Shown: piece by piece, positions 28,440-38,477 of the stretch
Layout of the letters: each line of letters starts with the position of its first letter
How positions within the stretch are numbered: the stretch's first letter is position 1
Source: Candidatus Geothermocultoraceae bacterium
GTDB lineage: Bacteria > Actinomycetota > Aquicultoria > SKW223 > CALKMS01
Direction of reading: 5' to 3'
Assembly: GCA_036796755.1 (NCBI GenBank)
Contig: DAIRCJ010000001.1
Span: forward strand, 1 to 54,823
Length of the DNA: 54,823 nucleotides
Program-made: the position numbers and the translations under genes
Notes under the pieces: generated by a model
What the model was told of the DNA's origin: nothing
What the model saw: the letters and a program-made list of their open reading frames with translations, nothing else
Databases searched by the model: none

Positions 28440-29167
28440 TAGTTTTTCCAGCTATTGATATTTTAGGCGGAAAAAGCGTCCGATTGTTCAAAGGCCAGTT
28501 AGATAAACCCAAGGTTTATTATTCTGATCCTTTGGAGCCCGCCTTAATTTTCCAATCTACCGGCTTTACCCACCTTCATCTAGTTGACCTTGATGGGGCT
28601 CGTCTTGGCTACCCGGCCAACCTGTCAGCTCTACGGAGGATCTGCCAGAACACAAATCTGATGGTTCAGTTTGGCGGGGGGTTAAGAAGTCTGGAGAGTG
28701 TGGAAGAAGCTTTTGAGGCCGGCGCCGAACGGGTGGTTTTAGGAACGGCGCTGGTAAATCAACCTGAGCTGACTAAAGAAGTGATTAAAAGATATGGCTC
28801 AAAACGAGTGGTGGCAGCAGTTGACACTCGAAGTGGGAAAATCACTGTTGAGGGCTGGCAAAAAGAAACCTCTCTGGAACTGGTGGATTTAGTCAAGAAA
28901 TTGGAGAAGTTAAAGCCTGGCCATTTACTTTTAACCGATGTTGAGCAGGATGGCACTCTTCAGGGGGTTAACTTTAATCTGGTGGAAAGGCTAATTTCTG
29001 CCACCAATATACCGGTAATAATTTCCGGGGGAGTTTCTTCTCTAAAAGACCTTCAGAAAGCAGCAGAATTAGAAAAAGACGGAGTTGAAGGTATTATAAT
29101 AGGAAAGGCAATTTATGAAAATAAAATTGACTTAAGGGAAGCGGTGAAGTTTAACTGTGCTGACTAA
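28436..29167 (+). CDS. hisA: ProFAR isomerase (HisA; could be PriA-type)
   Basis: 243 aa. Has [22 protein letters not shown] and GGVSSLKD. Confidence 0.9.
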   Translation: MIVFPAIDILGGKSVRLFKGQLDKPKVYYSDPLEPALIFQSTGFTHLHLVDLDGARLGYPANLSALRRICQNTNLMVQFGGGLRSLESVEEAFEAGAERVVLGTALVNQPELTKEVIKRYGSKRVVAAVDTRSGKITVEGWQKETSLELVDLVKKLEKLKPGHLLLTDVEQDGTLQGVNFNLVERLISATNIPVIISGGVSSLKDLQKAAELEKDGVEGIIIGKAIYENKIDLREAVKFNCAD

Positions 29168-29915
29168 AAGAATTATTCCCTGTCTGGATGTGGACAGGGG
29201 GAGAGTAGTAAAAGGGGTCCAGTTTGTTAATTTGAGAGACGCCGGTGACCCAGTCGAACTTGCCAGTTTTTACAATTCCGAAGGGGCAGATGAGCTTGTT
29301 TTCCTTGACATTACAGCCTCGGCTGAAGGCCGTAAAACTATGGTTGAAGTCGCCAGAAGAACAGCTGAAAGAGTGTTTATTCCGTTTACTGTTGGCGGGG
29401 GAATAAGCAGTCTTGAGGAAATAAAAGAGATTTTGCGAGCTGGAGCCGATAAGGTTTCGCTAAACACAGCCGCTGTTAAAAACCCCGAATTAGTTCGGGA
29501 AGCGGCAAGGAAGTTTGGCTCTCAATGTGTAGTAGTAGCCATTGACGCCAAAAGAGCCGACAACTTCTGGGAAGTTTATGTTCGGGGTGGTCGCACTCCC
29601 ACCGGGCTTGATGCTGTAAGCTGGGCAAAGAAGGTTGAACAGCTTGGAGCAGGAGAAATTTTGCTTACCAGTATGGACAGAGATGGTTCCCAGGTAGGGT
29701 ATGATCTTGAGCTAACCAGAGCGATTACCTCTGCTGTCAACATTCCGGTGATTGCTTCAGGCGGAGCCGGGAAACTGGAGCATTTTTACGAAGTTTTAAC
29801 TGAAGGGGGAGCTGACGCAGCTTTGGCCGCCTCTCTTTTTCATTATGGAACCCTGAAAATCAGAGAGGTTAAAGAATACTTAAAAGGGAAGGGTCTTTCT
29901 ATAAGACCAGTTTGA
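29157..29915 (+). CDS. hisF: imidazole glycerol phosphate synthase, cyclase subunit
   Basis: 252 aa. Has [18 protein letters not shown] and ASGGAG. Confidence 0.95.
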   Translation: MLTKRIIPCLDVDRGRVVKGVQFVNLRDAGDPVELASFYNSEGADELVFLDITASAEGRKTMVEVARRTAERVFIPFTVGGGISSLEEIKEILRAGADKVSLNTAAVKNPELVREAARKFGSQCVVVAIDAKRADNFWEVYVRGGRTPTGLDAVSWAKKVEQLGAGEILLTSMDRDGSQVGYDLELTRAITSAVNIPVIASGGAGKLEHFYEVLTEGGADAALAASLFHYGTLKIREVKEYLKGKGLSIRPV

Positions 29916-29939
29916 TAATTGCAATTTTTTATTAGTTTC

Positions 29940-29956
29940 TTTTTTTTTTTTTTTTT
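29940..29956 (+). repeat. T17 homopolymer tract
   Basis: 17 consecutive T, counted directly, 25 nt after the hisF stop and inside a 335-bp spacer. Confidence 0.95.
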
Positions 29957-30250
29957 CGTGATAGCCAAAAGGAAAGGTTGGTTTTTCTATTTCCCGGGAC
30001 GAGGTTTACAGCTTTCCCATTCCCTTTTCCCCTATGTACCTAAGGGGGGGATAATTCTCCCTAACCTCTCTTCCAAGCAAAGGGGGAAATTAGAAGAAAC
30101 CCTCCTCTGAACTTTCTAATTCCTAAGGTGGAAGGCAAGAGAAAGGGGATCGAGAAGGATTTAAGAATTATCTTTCCGGGGTTAATTAGAACTTTGATTG
30201 TTTAGCCATGGTTTAATAAAAGCGGGCTTTCTGATAAAATAGAGCTCTAA

Positions 30251-30862
30251 ATGGATGAGTTCAAATTTGACGAGAAGGGTTTAATCCCCGCCATTATCCA
30301 GGATTATAAAACCGGTGAAGTTTTAATGCTGGCTTATATGAATCGCGAGTCTCTTGATAAAACTCTGGAGACCAAACGCACTTGGTTTTTCAGTCGTAGC
30401 CGTCAGAAGTTATGGTGTAAGGGAGAAACTTCGGGAAACATACAGATAGTAAAGGAAATCAAGTATGATTGCGATTCTGATACCCTTCTGGTTTTAGTTG
30501 ACCAGGTCGGTCCTGCCTGCCACACTGGCAACCGTAGTTGCTTTTATCGAACTGTCTTTACCGACCCGGAAGGTGTTCCAACAAACTGGCTATCAGAACT
30601 TGAAAGATTGGTTAAAAAAAGAAAAGAAGAAAAACCAGAAGGTTCTTACACAGCCAAACTTTTTCAGAAAGGTCTTAATTATATCGCTGAAAAAGTCCAG
30701 GAAGAAGCAGGAGAAGTCATTAAGGCAGCTAAAAATGAGAGTAGAGAGCGGTTAATTGAAGAATCTGCCGACCTTTTATTTCATCTTCTGGTTCTCTTGC
30801 GCGAAAAAGAAGTTGACTTTTTTGAGGTTGAAAAAGAGTTATATAAAAGACATAAAAAATAA
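30251..30862 (+). CDS. hisIE: bifunctional phosphoribosyl-AMP cyclohydrolase / phosphoribosyl-ATP pyrophosphatase
   Basis: 203 aa. Has GLIPAIIQD...[10 protein letters not shown] (HisI) followed by a HisE-like helical half (EEAGEVI...[13 protein letters not shown]). Confidence 0.9.
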   Translation: MDEFKFDEKGLIPAIIQDYKTGEVLMLAYMNRESLDKTLETKRTWFFSRSRQKLWCKGETSGNIQIVKEIKYDCDSDTLLVLVDQVGPACHTGNRSCFYRTVFTDPEGVPTNWLSELERLVKKRKEEKPEGSYTAKLFQKGLNYIAEKVQEEAGEVIKAAKNESRERLIEESADLLFHLLVLLREKEVDFFEVEKELYKRHKK

Positions 30863-30886
30863 ATTTTTGTTAGGAGGAATAGGTAG

Positions 30887-33043
30887 ATGTCAGACGAAGT
30901 TTTTCAGACTGAAATAGAAATAGGAGGAAAAACTATTTCTTTTGAAAGTGGAAAGATTGCCCGACAGGCTGACGGCGCTTTTCTGGTTACCTGCGGAGAA
31001 ACTGTAGTTTTAGTTACAGCTGTAGCCTCTGATGAACCACGAGAGGGGATAGACTTTTTCCCTTTGACCGTTGATGTTGAAGAAAAAATGTACGCCGCCG
31101 GAAAAATTCCTGGTGGTTTTTTTCGTCGGGAAGGCCGCCCGAGTGAAAAAGCCATTTTGACCGCTCGGCTCATTGACCGCCCCCTTCGGCCTTGTTTTCC
31201 TGATGGCTTTCGCAATGATGTTCAGATAATTGCTTCAATTCTTTCGGTTGATCAGATTAACCCACCTGATATACTGGCAATAAACGGAGCCTCCCTCTCT
31301 CTTATGGTGTCAAGCATTCCTTTTGAAGGTCCCGTTGCTGCGGTAAGAGTTGGCTATGCTAACGGGGAGTGGTTGATTAACCCAACTTATCAGGAAATTG
31401 ACTTTGGGGTTTTAGACCTGGTAGTTGCTGGAAGGGAGTATACAGAAAACGGGGAGACCAAAATTGGATTTATTATGGTTGAAGCTGGGGCAAAAGAGGT
31501 TAAAGAGGAAGTAATATCTGAAGCCTTTACTCAAGCCGAGCCTTTCATTAAAAAGCTTATAGAATTCCAGAAAGGAGTTCAGAAAAAAATTGGCCAGCCT
31601 AAAAAGGATTTTTCCGTGGTAGAAATTGACCCGGAAATAGCCCGAAGAGTCAAAGAGTTAGCCTTACCCCAGCTGGAAGAAGTGCTTTACACTTTCGATA
31701 AAAACGAAAGAGAAGAAAAAGTGAAAAACCTTAAAGAGAAAGTAATTGCTGAAGTAGAAGAAGTTGAATGGGAGTTTGGCGAAGAAGAAGTGGAATTTCA
31801 GGCTAAAAAATCTTTTGCCCAACTTTTAAAGGAAGAGATGAGAAAGTTAATCGTTGAAAAGGGTATCAGGGCTGATGGACGTCGTCCAGAGGAAATAAGG
31901 CCTATAAGCTGTGAAGTTGGTTTGCTTCCCCGCACTCACGGCTCGGGACTTTTCACCCGGGGACAGACTCAAGTTCTTTCGGTAGCTACTCTGGGCACCA
32001 CTTCCGAAGAGCAAATAATTGACGGCCTGGAAGCCGAAGAAAGCAAAAGATATATTCATCATTACAACTTCCCTCCTTTCTCCACTGGAGAAGCTTACCC
32101 CTTAAGAGGACCCAGGCGGCGAGAAATCGGGCATGGAGCTTTAGCCGAAAGGGCACTTTTGCCCGTCATACCTCCAGAAACTGAGTTTCCCTACACTATC
32201 CGGGTGGTTTCTGAGGTTCTTGAGTCCAATGGCTCAACCTCAATGGCCAGTGTTTGCGCCAGCTCTCTGGCTTTAATGGATGCCGGAATTCCCATTAAAA
32301 AACCAGTCGCTGGAATTGCCATGGGCTTAATAAAAGAGGATAACCGAGTAGTTATTCTAACCGATATTTTGGGAATGGAAGACGCTCTGGGCGATATGGA
32401 TTTTAAGGTAGCGGGCACTGAGGAAGGAATAACGGCTTTGCAGATGGATATCAAAATTACCGGAATTTCAGCTGAAGTTTTAAAAGAAGCCTTATTGAGA
32501 GCAAAAGAAGCTCGATTATATATTTTGGACAAAATGAAGGCAGTAATCAGCCAGCCCCGCTCGTCTCTTTCACCTCATGCTCCAAGAATATACACTTTGA
32601 AAATACCCCAGAATAAGATTGGCGAGCTAATTGGCCCCGGTGGGCGGGTAATAAAGAGCATTATTGAAGAAACCGGAGTGAGCATTGACATAGAACAAGA
32701 TGGTACGGTCTTCATTGCTTCTAAAGATGAAATCAGCGCGGAAAAAGCCCGGGAAATTGTTGAAAGCATAACCCGAGAAATTAAAGCGGGCGAAAGGTTT
32801 CTGGGAACCGTCACCCGGGTAGCTGACTTTGGAGCTTTTGTGGAGATTCTTCCGGGAAAGGAAGGCCTGGTTCATATTTCCAAACTTTCCCCTCAAAGAG
32901 TAAAAACTGCTCGGGATCTGGTTAAAGTTGGAGATAAACTACTGGTTCAAGTGGTTGAGATTGACTCTATGAACCGCATAAACCTTGCCGCTGTAAGCTA
33001 TTTGGAGCAGGCTAAAAACCGCACTTTCCCTCCTAAAAGATGA
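30887..33043 (+). CDS. pnp: polyribonucleotide nucleotidyltransferase (PNPase)
   Basis: 718 aa. Has two RNase PH domains, a KH domain and an S1 domain (GTVTRVADFGAFVEILPGKEGLVHISKL). TAGGAGG SD. Confidence 0.97.
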   Translation: MSDEVFQTEIEIGGKTISFESGKIARQADGAFLVTCGETVVLVTAVASDEPREGIDFFPLTVDVEEKMYAAGKIPGGFFRREGRPSEKAILTARLIDRPLRPCFPDGFRNDVQIIASILSVDQINPPDILAINGASLSLMVSSIPFEGPVAAVRVGYANGEWLINPTYQEIDFGVLDLVVAGREYTENGETKIGFIMVEAGAKEVKEEVISEAFTQAEPFIKKLIEFQKGVQKKIGQPKKDFSVVEIDPEIARRVKELALPQLEEVLYTFDKNEREEKVKNLKEKVIAEVEEVEWEFGEEEVEFQAKKSFAQLLKEEMRKLIVEKGIRADGRRPEEIRPISCEVGLLPRTHGSGLFTRGQTQVLSVATLGTTSEEQIIDGLEAEESKRYIHHYNFPPFSTGEAYPLRGPRRREIGHGALAERALLPVIPPETEFPYTIRVVSEVLESNGSTSMASVCASSLALMDAGIPIKKPVAGIAMGLIKEDNRVVILTDILGMEDALGDMDFKVAGTEEGITALQMDIKITGISAEVLKEALLRAKEARLYILDKMKAVISQPRSSLSPHAPRIYTLKIPQNKIGELIGPGGRVIKSIIEETGVSIDIEQDGTVFIASKDEISAEKAREIVESITREIKAGERFLGTVTRVADFGAFVEILPGKEGLVHISKLSPQRVKTARDLVKVGDKLLVQVVEIDSMNRINLAAVSYLEQAKNRTFPPKR

Positions 33044-34302
33044 CTTCAAGGCCCCGTAATTATTTGAGAACCAGGCTGGCTAACGGTCTTGAGGTTTTTA
33101 CTGAAGAAACTTCCAACTTTCGCTCGGTTGCTCTTGGGTTCTGGGTAAAAACTGGTTCGCGGTATGAAAAACCGGAGCAGGCGGGAATTTCTCACTTTAT
33201 CGAACATTTGATTTTTAAAGGTTCGGCGCGTTACAGCAGTCAGGAAATCTCAACTATTTTTGACAATCTGGGCGGAGAAATAAATGCCTTTACCGGAAAA
33301 GAATACACCTGTTACTACTTTAAGCTACTTGACGAGCACCTTGATAAAGGTTTTGAAGTCTTAACTGAAATCCTTCAGAACCCTTTGTTTAAATCAAAAG
33401 ACATTGAATCAGAAAGAAAAGTAATACTGGAAGAAATAGCAATGTACGAAGACACCCCTGATGAGAAAATTCACGATTTGTTCCTTAACCAGCTGTTTGA
33501 GGGACATCCTCTGGGAAGAAGTATCTTAGGGGACCTAAAAACAATTAAAAGTTTAACCCAAAAAGAGCTGAAAAATTACTTTGAAAATTACTATAATCCT
33601 TCTAACATAGTCCTGACAGCCTCCGGCAGCCTTAAGCATCGAAAGTTAACTGAAAAACTTTCTGACCTCTGGCAAAAAAACGGCCTTCCTCAAAACAAAC
33701 GCCAACCAATTAAGGTTAAAACTTCCCGGAAGGTTGCTCTCAACTATAAAAAAACCGAGCAAATCCACCTTTGTTTAGGGGTTGAAGCTTTTAACGCCCG
33801 CCATCCCGAACGATTTGCTCTGTCGGTTCTGGACACAATTTTAGGCAAAGGGATGAGCTCCCGTCTTTTCCAGGAAATCAGAGAAAAAAGAGGACTGGCT
33901 TACTCGGTTTTTTCTTATAGCTCCCTTTTTAACGAGTCGGGAGCTTTCGTTATCTACGCGGGAACCAATAAAAAAAATCTTCAAAAAGTGGTAGATTTGA
34001 TTCTGGAACAAATATACTCTTTGGCTGATAAAGAGCCGCAAAGCGAAGAACTGGAGAAAGCTAAAAATCAAATTAAAAGCCAGCTGGTCTTAAGTCTTGA
34101 AAGCACCTCGGCTCGAATGATGAGGCTGGGAAGGTCAGTAATGGCTGAACAAAAGATCCTGACCATTGATGAAGTTATTAAAAAAATAAATGAGGTAAAT
34201 GCGGAAAAAATTAAAAACCTGGCTCAAAAATTATTTAAACCCTCCCGGATAGTTCTTACTGCTATTGGGCCGCTAAAGGAAAGTGAAGTAAAAATCTGGT
34301 AA
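33040..34302 (+). CDS. M16-family (pitrilysin/insulinase-like) zinc peptidase
   Basis: 420 aa. Has the inverted zinc motif HFIEHLIFKGS. ATGA overlap with pnp. It sits in the same position as pepR downstream of pnp in actinobacteria. Confidence 0.85.
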   Translation: MTSRPRNYLRTRLANGLEVFTEETSNFRSVALGFWVKTGSRYEKPEQAGISHFIEHLIFKGSARYSSQEISTIFDNLGGEINAFTGKEYTCYYFKLLDEHLDKGFEVLTEILQNPLFKSKDIESERKVILEEIAMYEDTPDEKIHDLFLNQLFEGHPLGRSILGDLKTIKSLTQKELKNYFENYYNPSNIVLTASGSLKHRKLTEKLSDLWQKNGLPQNKRQPIKVKTSRKVALNYKKTEQIHLCLGVEAFNARHPERFALSVLDTILGKGMSSRLFQEIREKRGLAYSVFSYSSLFNESGAFVIYAGTNKKNLQKVVDLILEQIYSLADKEPQSEELEKAKNQIKSQLVLSLESTSARMMRLGRSVMAEQKILTIDEVIKKINEVNAEKIKNLAQKLFKPSRIVLTAIGPLKESEVKIW

Positions 34303-34328
34303 AATCCTTAATTTGGTAGTCTTTTAAG

Positions 34329-34358
34329 TTGAGATAATTATAAGAACTAACCTATAAT
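34329..34358 (+). promoter_or_regulatory. sigma-70-like promoter for dapB-dapA-rnj
   Basis: TTGAGA (34329-34334), an 18-nt spacer, then TATAAT (34353-34358). This lies about 21 nt upstream of the dapB ATG (SD GAGGGG). Confidence 0.45.
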
Positions 34359-34379
34359 AAAAAGTTATGAGGGGATTAA

Positions 34380-35168
34380 ATGATTAAAGTTCTGGTTTGC
34401 GGAGCCTCAGGGAATATGGGGAAAGAAGTTGTCCGAGCTGTTCAAGCCGACCCTGAGCTCGAACTGGTCGGAGGGGTTGATATTAACCAGGTGGGGGCGG
34501 ATTTAACAGAGAATGCTGGCCTTGAGCCCAGCGGTATGTTCATCGAAAATGACCTTTCCGCAGCGATTAAAAAAAACCAGGCTGAAGTTGTAGTGGACTT
34601 TACTCACCCTTCAGTTGTTTTTCAAAATATAATCACTGCTCTGGAAAGCGGAGCTCATATTGTAGTGGGAACGACTGGCTTAAAAGAAGACCAACTGCCA
34701 GAAATTGAAAAAAAGTCCAAAGAAACCAGGAAAAATGTTTTTATAGCTCCCAATTTTTCCCTGGGGGCAGTTTTGATGATCAAGTTGGCTGAAATTGCAG
34801 CTCAGCACTTTCCGGAAGTTGAAATAATTGAGCTTCATCACGAGAAAAAAGCCGATGCTCCTTCCGGCACTGCTTTGTTGACTGCTGAAATTATTGAAAA
34901 GGCTCGGAGAAAAGAACCAAGAATACCTGAGGGCAAGGAGGTGGTTTCTGGTTGTCGGGGCGGTAAGTTCAAAAACTTAAGGATTCATTCGGTAAGACTT
35001 CCGGGACTGCTGGCTCATCAGGAAGTAATTTTTGGAGGTTATGACCAGACCCTGACTATCAGGCATGACACTTTAAGCCGAAGATCTTTTATGCCCGGCG
35101 TTCTGATGGCTATTAAAGCTGTTCAGCAAAGGCCGGGTTTAACTTACGGTCTGGATAAGATTCTTTAG
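34380..35168 (+). CDS. dapB: 4-hydroxy-tetrahydrodipicolinate reductase
   Basis: 262 aa. Has VLVCGASGNMGKE and ELHHEKKADAPSGTA. Confidence 0.92.
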   Translation: MIKVLVCGASGNMGKEVVRAVQADPELELVGGVDINQVGADLTENAGLEPSGMFIENDLSAAIKKNQAEVVVDFTHPSVVFQNIITALESGAHIVVGTTGLKEDQLPEIEKKSKETRKNVFIAPNFSLGAVLMIKLAEIAAQHFPEVEIIELHHEKKADAPSGTALLTAEIIEKARRKEPRIPEGKEVVSGCRGGKFKNLRIHSVRLPGLLAHQEVIFGGYDQTLTIRHDTLSRRSFMPGVLMAIKAVQQRPGLTYGLDKIL

Positions 35169-35176
35169 GAGGGAAA

Positions 35177-36055
35177 ATGTTTGGTTCTTTAATTACAGCA
35201 ATGGTAACTCCTTTTAAAGAAGACTTGAGTTTAAACCTGGATTTAGCCGAAGAACTGGCCAACTTTTTAGTGGAAAATGGGTCTGATTCACTGGTGGTTT
35301 CGGGCACCACCGGCGAGTCGCCAGTTTTAAAAGAAAAAGAAAAATTAGACCTTTTTAAAGCGGTTCTTCAAGCGGTTAAAGGAAAAGCCAGAGTTATAGC
35401 GGGAACTGGAAATTACTGTACTGAAGAGACGATTGAGCTGACCCGTAAAGCCGAGAAAATTGGGGTAGACGGTTGTCTTCTGGTTGTTCCTTATTACAAC
35501 AAGCCTCCCCAGGAAGGTCTGAAAAAGCATTTTCAAGCGGTAGCTGCCAGAACCAGCTTGCCTTTAATCTTATACAATGTGCCTTCCCGGACTGCTTGCA
35601 ACCTAGAAGCCGAAACAACAATTGAACTATCCAAAGTGGAAAATATTGTCGGAATTAAGGAAGCCAGCGGAAATTTGGCGCAGATAGGGAAAGTCATAGC
35701 CTATACCCCGGACAATTTTCTTGTTTACTCAGGGGACGACGCTTTTACCTTTCCCGTTTTGGCTCTGGGTGGCGACGGGGTTATCAGTGTAGCTTCCCAC
35801 GTAGCTGGCCCCCAGATCAAAAAAATGATTACTTTGTTTAAAAAAGGCAACTTTAAGAAAGCCCTTGATTATCATCACCGGCTGATGCCCCTTTTTAAAG
35901 GCCTCTTCTTAAAAACCAACCCAATTTTAACTAAAGCTTCGGTTGAGCTTATTGGCTTTCCCGTTGGACCACCCCGTTTACCCTTAGTTGAGGCTACACC
36001 AGAAGATCGCCAGAAATTAAAAAAACTACTGGAGGAAGTTAAAACCATTAATTAA
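35177..36055 (+). CDS. dapA: 4-hydroxy-tetrahydrodipicolinate synthase
   Basis: 292 aa. Has TAMVTPF, VVSGTTGES, YYNKP and IVGIKEASG. Confidence 0.95.
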   Translation: MFGSLITAMVTPFKEDLSLNLDLAEELANFLVENGSDSLVVSGTTGESPVLKEKEKLDLFKAVLQAVKGKARVIAGTGNYCTEETIELTRKAEKIGVDGCLLVVPYYNKPPQEGLKKHFQAVAARTSLPLILYNVPSRTACNLEAETTIELSKVENIVGIKEASGNLAQIGKVIAYTPDNFLVYSGDDAFTFPVLALGGDGVISVASHVAGPQIKKMITLFKKGNFKKALDYHHRLMPLFKGLFLKTNPILTKASVELIGFPVGPPRLPLVEATPEDRQKLKKLLEEVKTIN

Positions 36056-37713
36056 TGTCTAAAAATTCAGTTGAAATAATCCCTCTCGGGGGATTGGGAG
36101 AAATAGGGAAAAATTCCACCTTAATAGTTTATGGTACAAACTCCATCCTGATTGATGCGGGTTTGAAGTTTCCTGAAGAGGAAATGCTGGGAGTTGATTT
36201 GGTTTTGCCCGACTTTTCTTACCTGAAAAAACTACCAGTTAAGCCTTTAGCCATCATCTTAACCCACGGTCATGAAGATCATGTTGGAGCTCTTCCTTAT
36301 TTGCTTCCGGACTTGAACATTCCCGTTTATGGCACTCCTTTGACCATAAATTTAGTTCAGGCAAAACTGGAAGAGTTTTCAATATCTGGTTACCAGCTAA
36401 ACATTGTTAAGCCAGGGGGAACAATAAATCTCGGTCCTTTTGAAATCGAGTTTATACAGGTAAATCACAGCATCCCCGACGGAGTTGGTCTCTATATCAA
36501 AACTCCCATCGGCGGGATTGTCCATTCTGGTGATTTCAAACTTGACCCGGCACCGGTTGATGGCAGTCCGACTGATTTAAATCGTTTTTCAGCCATCGGA
36601 AAAAACAAAGTTTTGGTTTTTCTTTCTGACTCCACTAACGCTGAAGTTCCTGGCTTCTCGCCTTCGGAACGCCTGGTCGGTGAAACTCTGGAAAAAATTT
36701 TTCGCCAGGCCAAGAAAAAAATTATTGTGGCTTCTTTTGCCTCTCATCTGCATCGGATTAAGCAAATAATTGAGTTGAGCAAGCAATTTGGGCGAAAAAT
36801 CGCCGTTTCTGGTCGAAGCATGAAAGAAAGCATTGAAATAGGAAGGCGTTTGAACCATTTTGACCTGCCGGAGGAAATGATTCTGGAATTGTTTAATTTA
36901 AAAAAATACCAACCCGATGAGTTGGTTGTAATCTGCACAGGCAGTCAGGGCGAGCCGCTCTCCGCCCTTTCTCTTCTAGCTTCTGGCCAGCACAAAAACC
37001 TTTCTATTGAAGCAGGGGATACTGTAATAATTGCGGCCACTCCTGTACCAGGAAACGAAAGGGCTGTTTCCCGAATTATTGACGATATTTTCCGAATGGG
37101 AGCTCAGGTTTTTTACGAAGATGTTTCCAGCGTTCATGTCTCTGGACACGGCTATCAGGAAGAGCTAAAACTGCTTTTAACAATGGTTAATCCTAAGTTT
37201 TTTGTTCCCATCCATGGCGAGTATCGCCATCTCGTTTATCATTCCCAACTAGCTCAGGAAGTTGGCTTAAAAGCTGAAAACATTTTTATCCTTGAAAACG
37301 GTGATGTGTTAGATGTTCGCCCTAATGAAGCTTATGTAAGTAAAAATGTGGGAGCTGGACAGGTTTTTGTTGACGGTCTGGGAATTGGCACGGTTTCTGA
37401 TCTAGTTTTAAGGGATCGGATGAAACTGGCTCTTGACGGCATGGTTGTTATCGCTATCGGGATAAAACAGCCGCACGGAGAACTGATTTATGGCCCAGAA
37501 ATTATTTCTCGCGGCTTTATTCATCCCGAAAACTCTGTCGAGCTTCTTAATCAAATAAAAGAGGAAGTATTGAGCCTGTTTTATGAAGCTGCCCGATTTA
37601 AACTAATTGAAAAGGCGGCTTTAAAAGAGGAAATCAAAAGGTTAGTAAGTCGTCTTATATTTAAACTAACCCGTCGAAAACCAATCATTGTGCCCTTAAT
37701 AATTGAGCTCTAA
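36055..37713 (+). CDS. rnj: ribonuclease J
   Basis: 552 aa. Has a beta-CASP metallo-beta-lactamase fold, HGHEDHVGALPYL and HVSGHG. Confidence 0.93.
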   Translation: MSKNSVEIIPLGGLGEIGKNSTLIVYGTNSILIDAGLKFPEEEMLGVDLVLPDFSYLKKLPVKPLAIILTHGHEDHVGALPYLLPDLNIPVYGTPLTINLVQAKLEEFSISGYQLNIVKPGGTINLGPFEIEFIQVNHSIPDGVGLYIKTPIGGIVHSGDFKLDPAPVDGSPTDLNRFSAIGKNKVLVFLSDSTNAEVPGFSPSERLVGETLEKIFRQAKKKIIVASFASHLHRIKQIIELSKQFGRKIAVSGRSMKESIEIGRRLNHFDLPEEMILELFNLKKYQPDELVVICTGSQGEPLSALSLLASGQHKNLSIEAGDTVIIAATPVPGNERAVSRIIDDIFRMGAQVFYEDVSSVHVSGHGYQEELKLLLTMVNPKFFVPIHGEYRHLVYHSQLAQEVGLKAENIFILENGDVLDVRPNEAYVSKNVGAGQVFVDGLGIGTVSDLVLRDRMKLALDGMVVIAIGIKQPHGELIYGPEIISRGFIHPENSVELLNQIKEEVLSLFYEAARFKLIEKAALKEEIKRLVSRLIFKLTRRKPIIVPLIIEL

Positions 37714-38477
37714 TGAGTATCTGGCAAGCTATTTTACTGGCGGTAGTTCAGAGCTTAACCGAGTTTATTCCCGTAAGCAGCTCAGCCCATCTGGTAATTC
37801 TGCCCCATATTTTAAAAATTCCTCAACCCTCGCTTTTCCTTGATGTCAGTTTACATTTTGGCACCTTGCTTTCTCTTCTGGTTTATTTTCGTCAACAAAT
37901 ATTCGAGCTTTTAAAAAAAGGTTCCCCAAGCCGTGGACTCCTGAAATACCTTTTAGTAGCAACTCTTCCCGCAGCTATCGCCGGAGCTTTAGCTAACGAT
38001 TTTTTTGAAAGCTTTTTTCAAAAGCCCTTCTGGGCAGCTGTTTTTTTAATTTTCACCGGCATTCTTTTATTTTTAGCTGAGCGACTGGCAACCTTTAAAA
38101 AAAACAGCTTAAAAATTAACTATTCTGAAGCTCTCATTATCGGTTTAGCCCAGGCTCTTGCTATTTTTCCTGGCATCTCGCGTTCGGGAGCAACCATTTC
38201 CGCCGGTCTTTTTTTGGGGCTGAAGCGAGAAGAGGCTGCCCGCTTTTCCTTTCTTTTAGGTATCCCTATAATTTTTGGCAGTTTTCTATTTGAACTAAAA
38301 AAAGTATCTTTTAGTACAACTGCTTTCTTTCCCTTAATCCTCGGAGTTCTGGTTTCTTTTATCACGGGTTATCTTATTATCGATTTTCTATTAAAATATC
38401 TAAAGCAAAGGAAATTATATCCTTTTGCAGCTTATTGCTTTCTTGTGGGGCTGATAAGTGCCTGGTGGTTAAGGTGA
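37713..38477 (+). CDS. uppP: undecaprenyl-diphosphate phosphatase
   Basis: 254 aa polytopic membrane protein. Has EFIPVSSSAHL and PGISRSGATI. Confidence 0.92.
   Translation: MSIWQAILLAVVQSLTEFIPVSSSAHLVILPHILKIPQPSLFLDVSLHFGTLLSLLVYFRQQIFELLKKGSPSRGLLKYLLVATLPAAIAGALANDFFESFFQKPFWAAVFLIFTGILLFLAERLATFKKNSLKINYSEALIIGLAQALAIFPGISRSGATISAGLFLGLKREEAARFSFLLGIPIIFGSFLFELKKVSFSTTAFFPLILGVLVSFITGYLIIDFLLKYLKQRKLYPFAAYCFLVGLISAWWLR

Noticed and set aside
29919-30110. 63-aa ORF in the hisF-hisIE spacer
   Set aside because: Its poly-Phe N-terminus is just the translation of the T17 tract. It has a TTG start, no SD and no protein-like composition.
38435-38473. N-terminal extension of ftsK from TTG 38435 (MLSCGADKCLVVK...)
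   Set aside because: It has no SD and overlaps the uppP C-terminus by 43 nt. GTG 38474 has a GGTGG SD and a GTGA stop/start overlap, so the shorter model is preferred.
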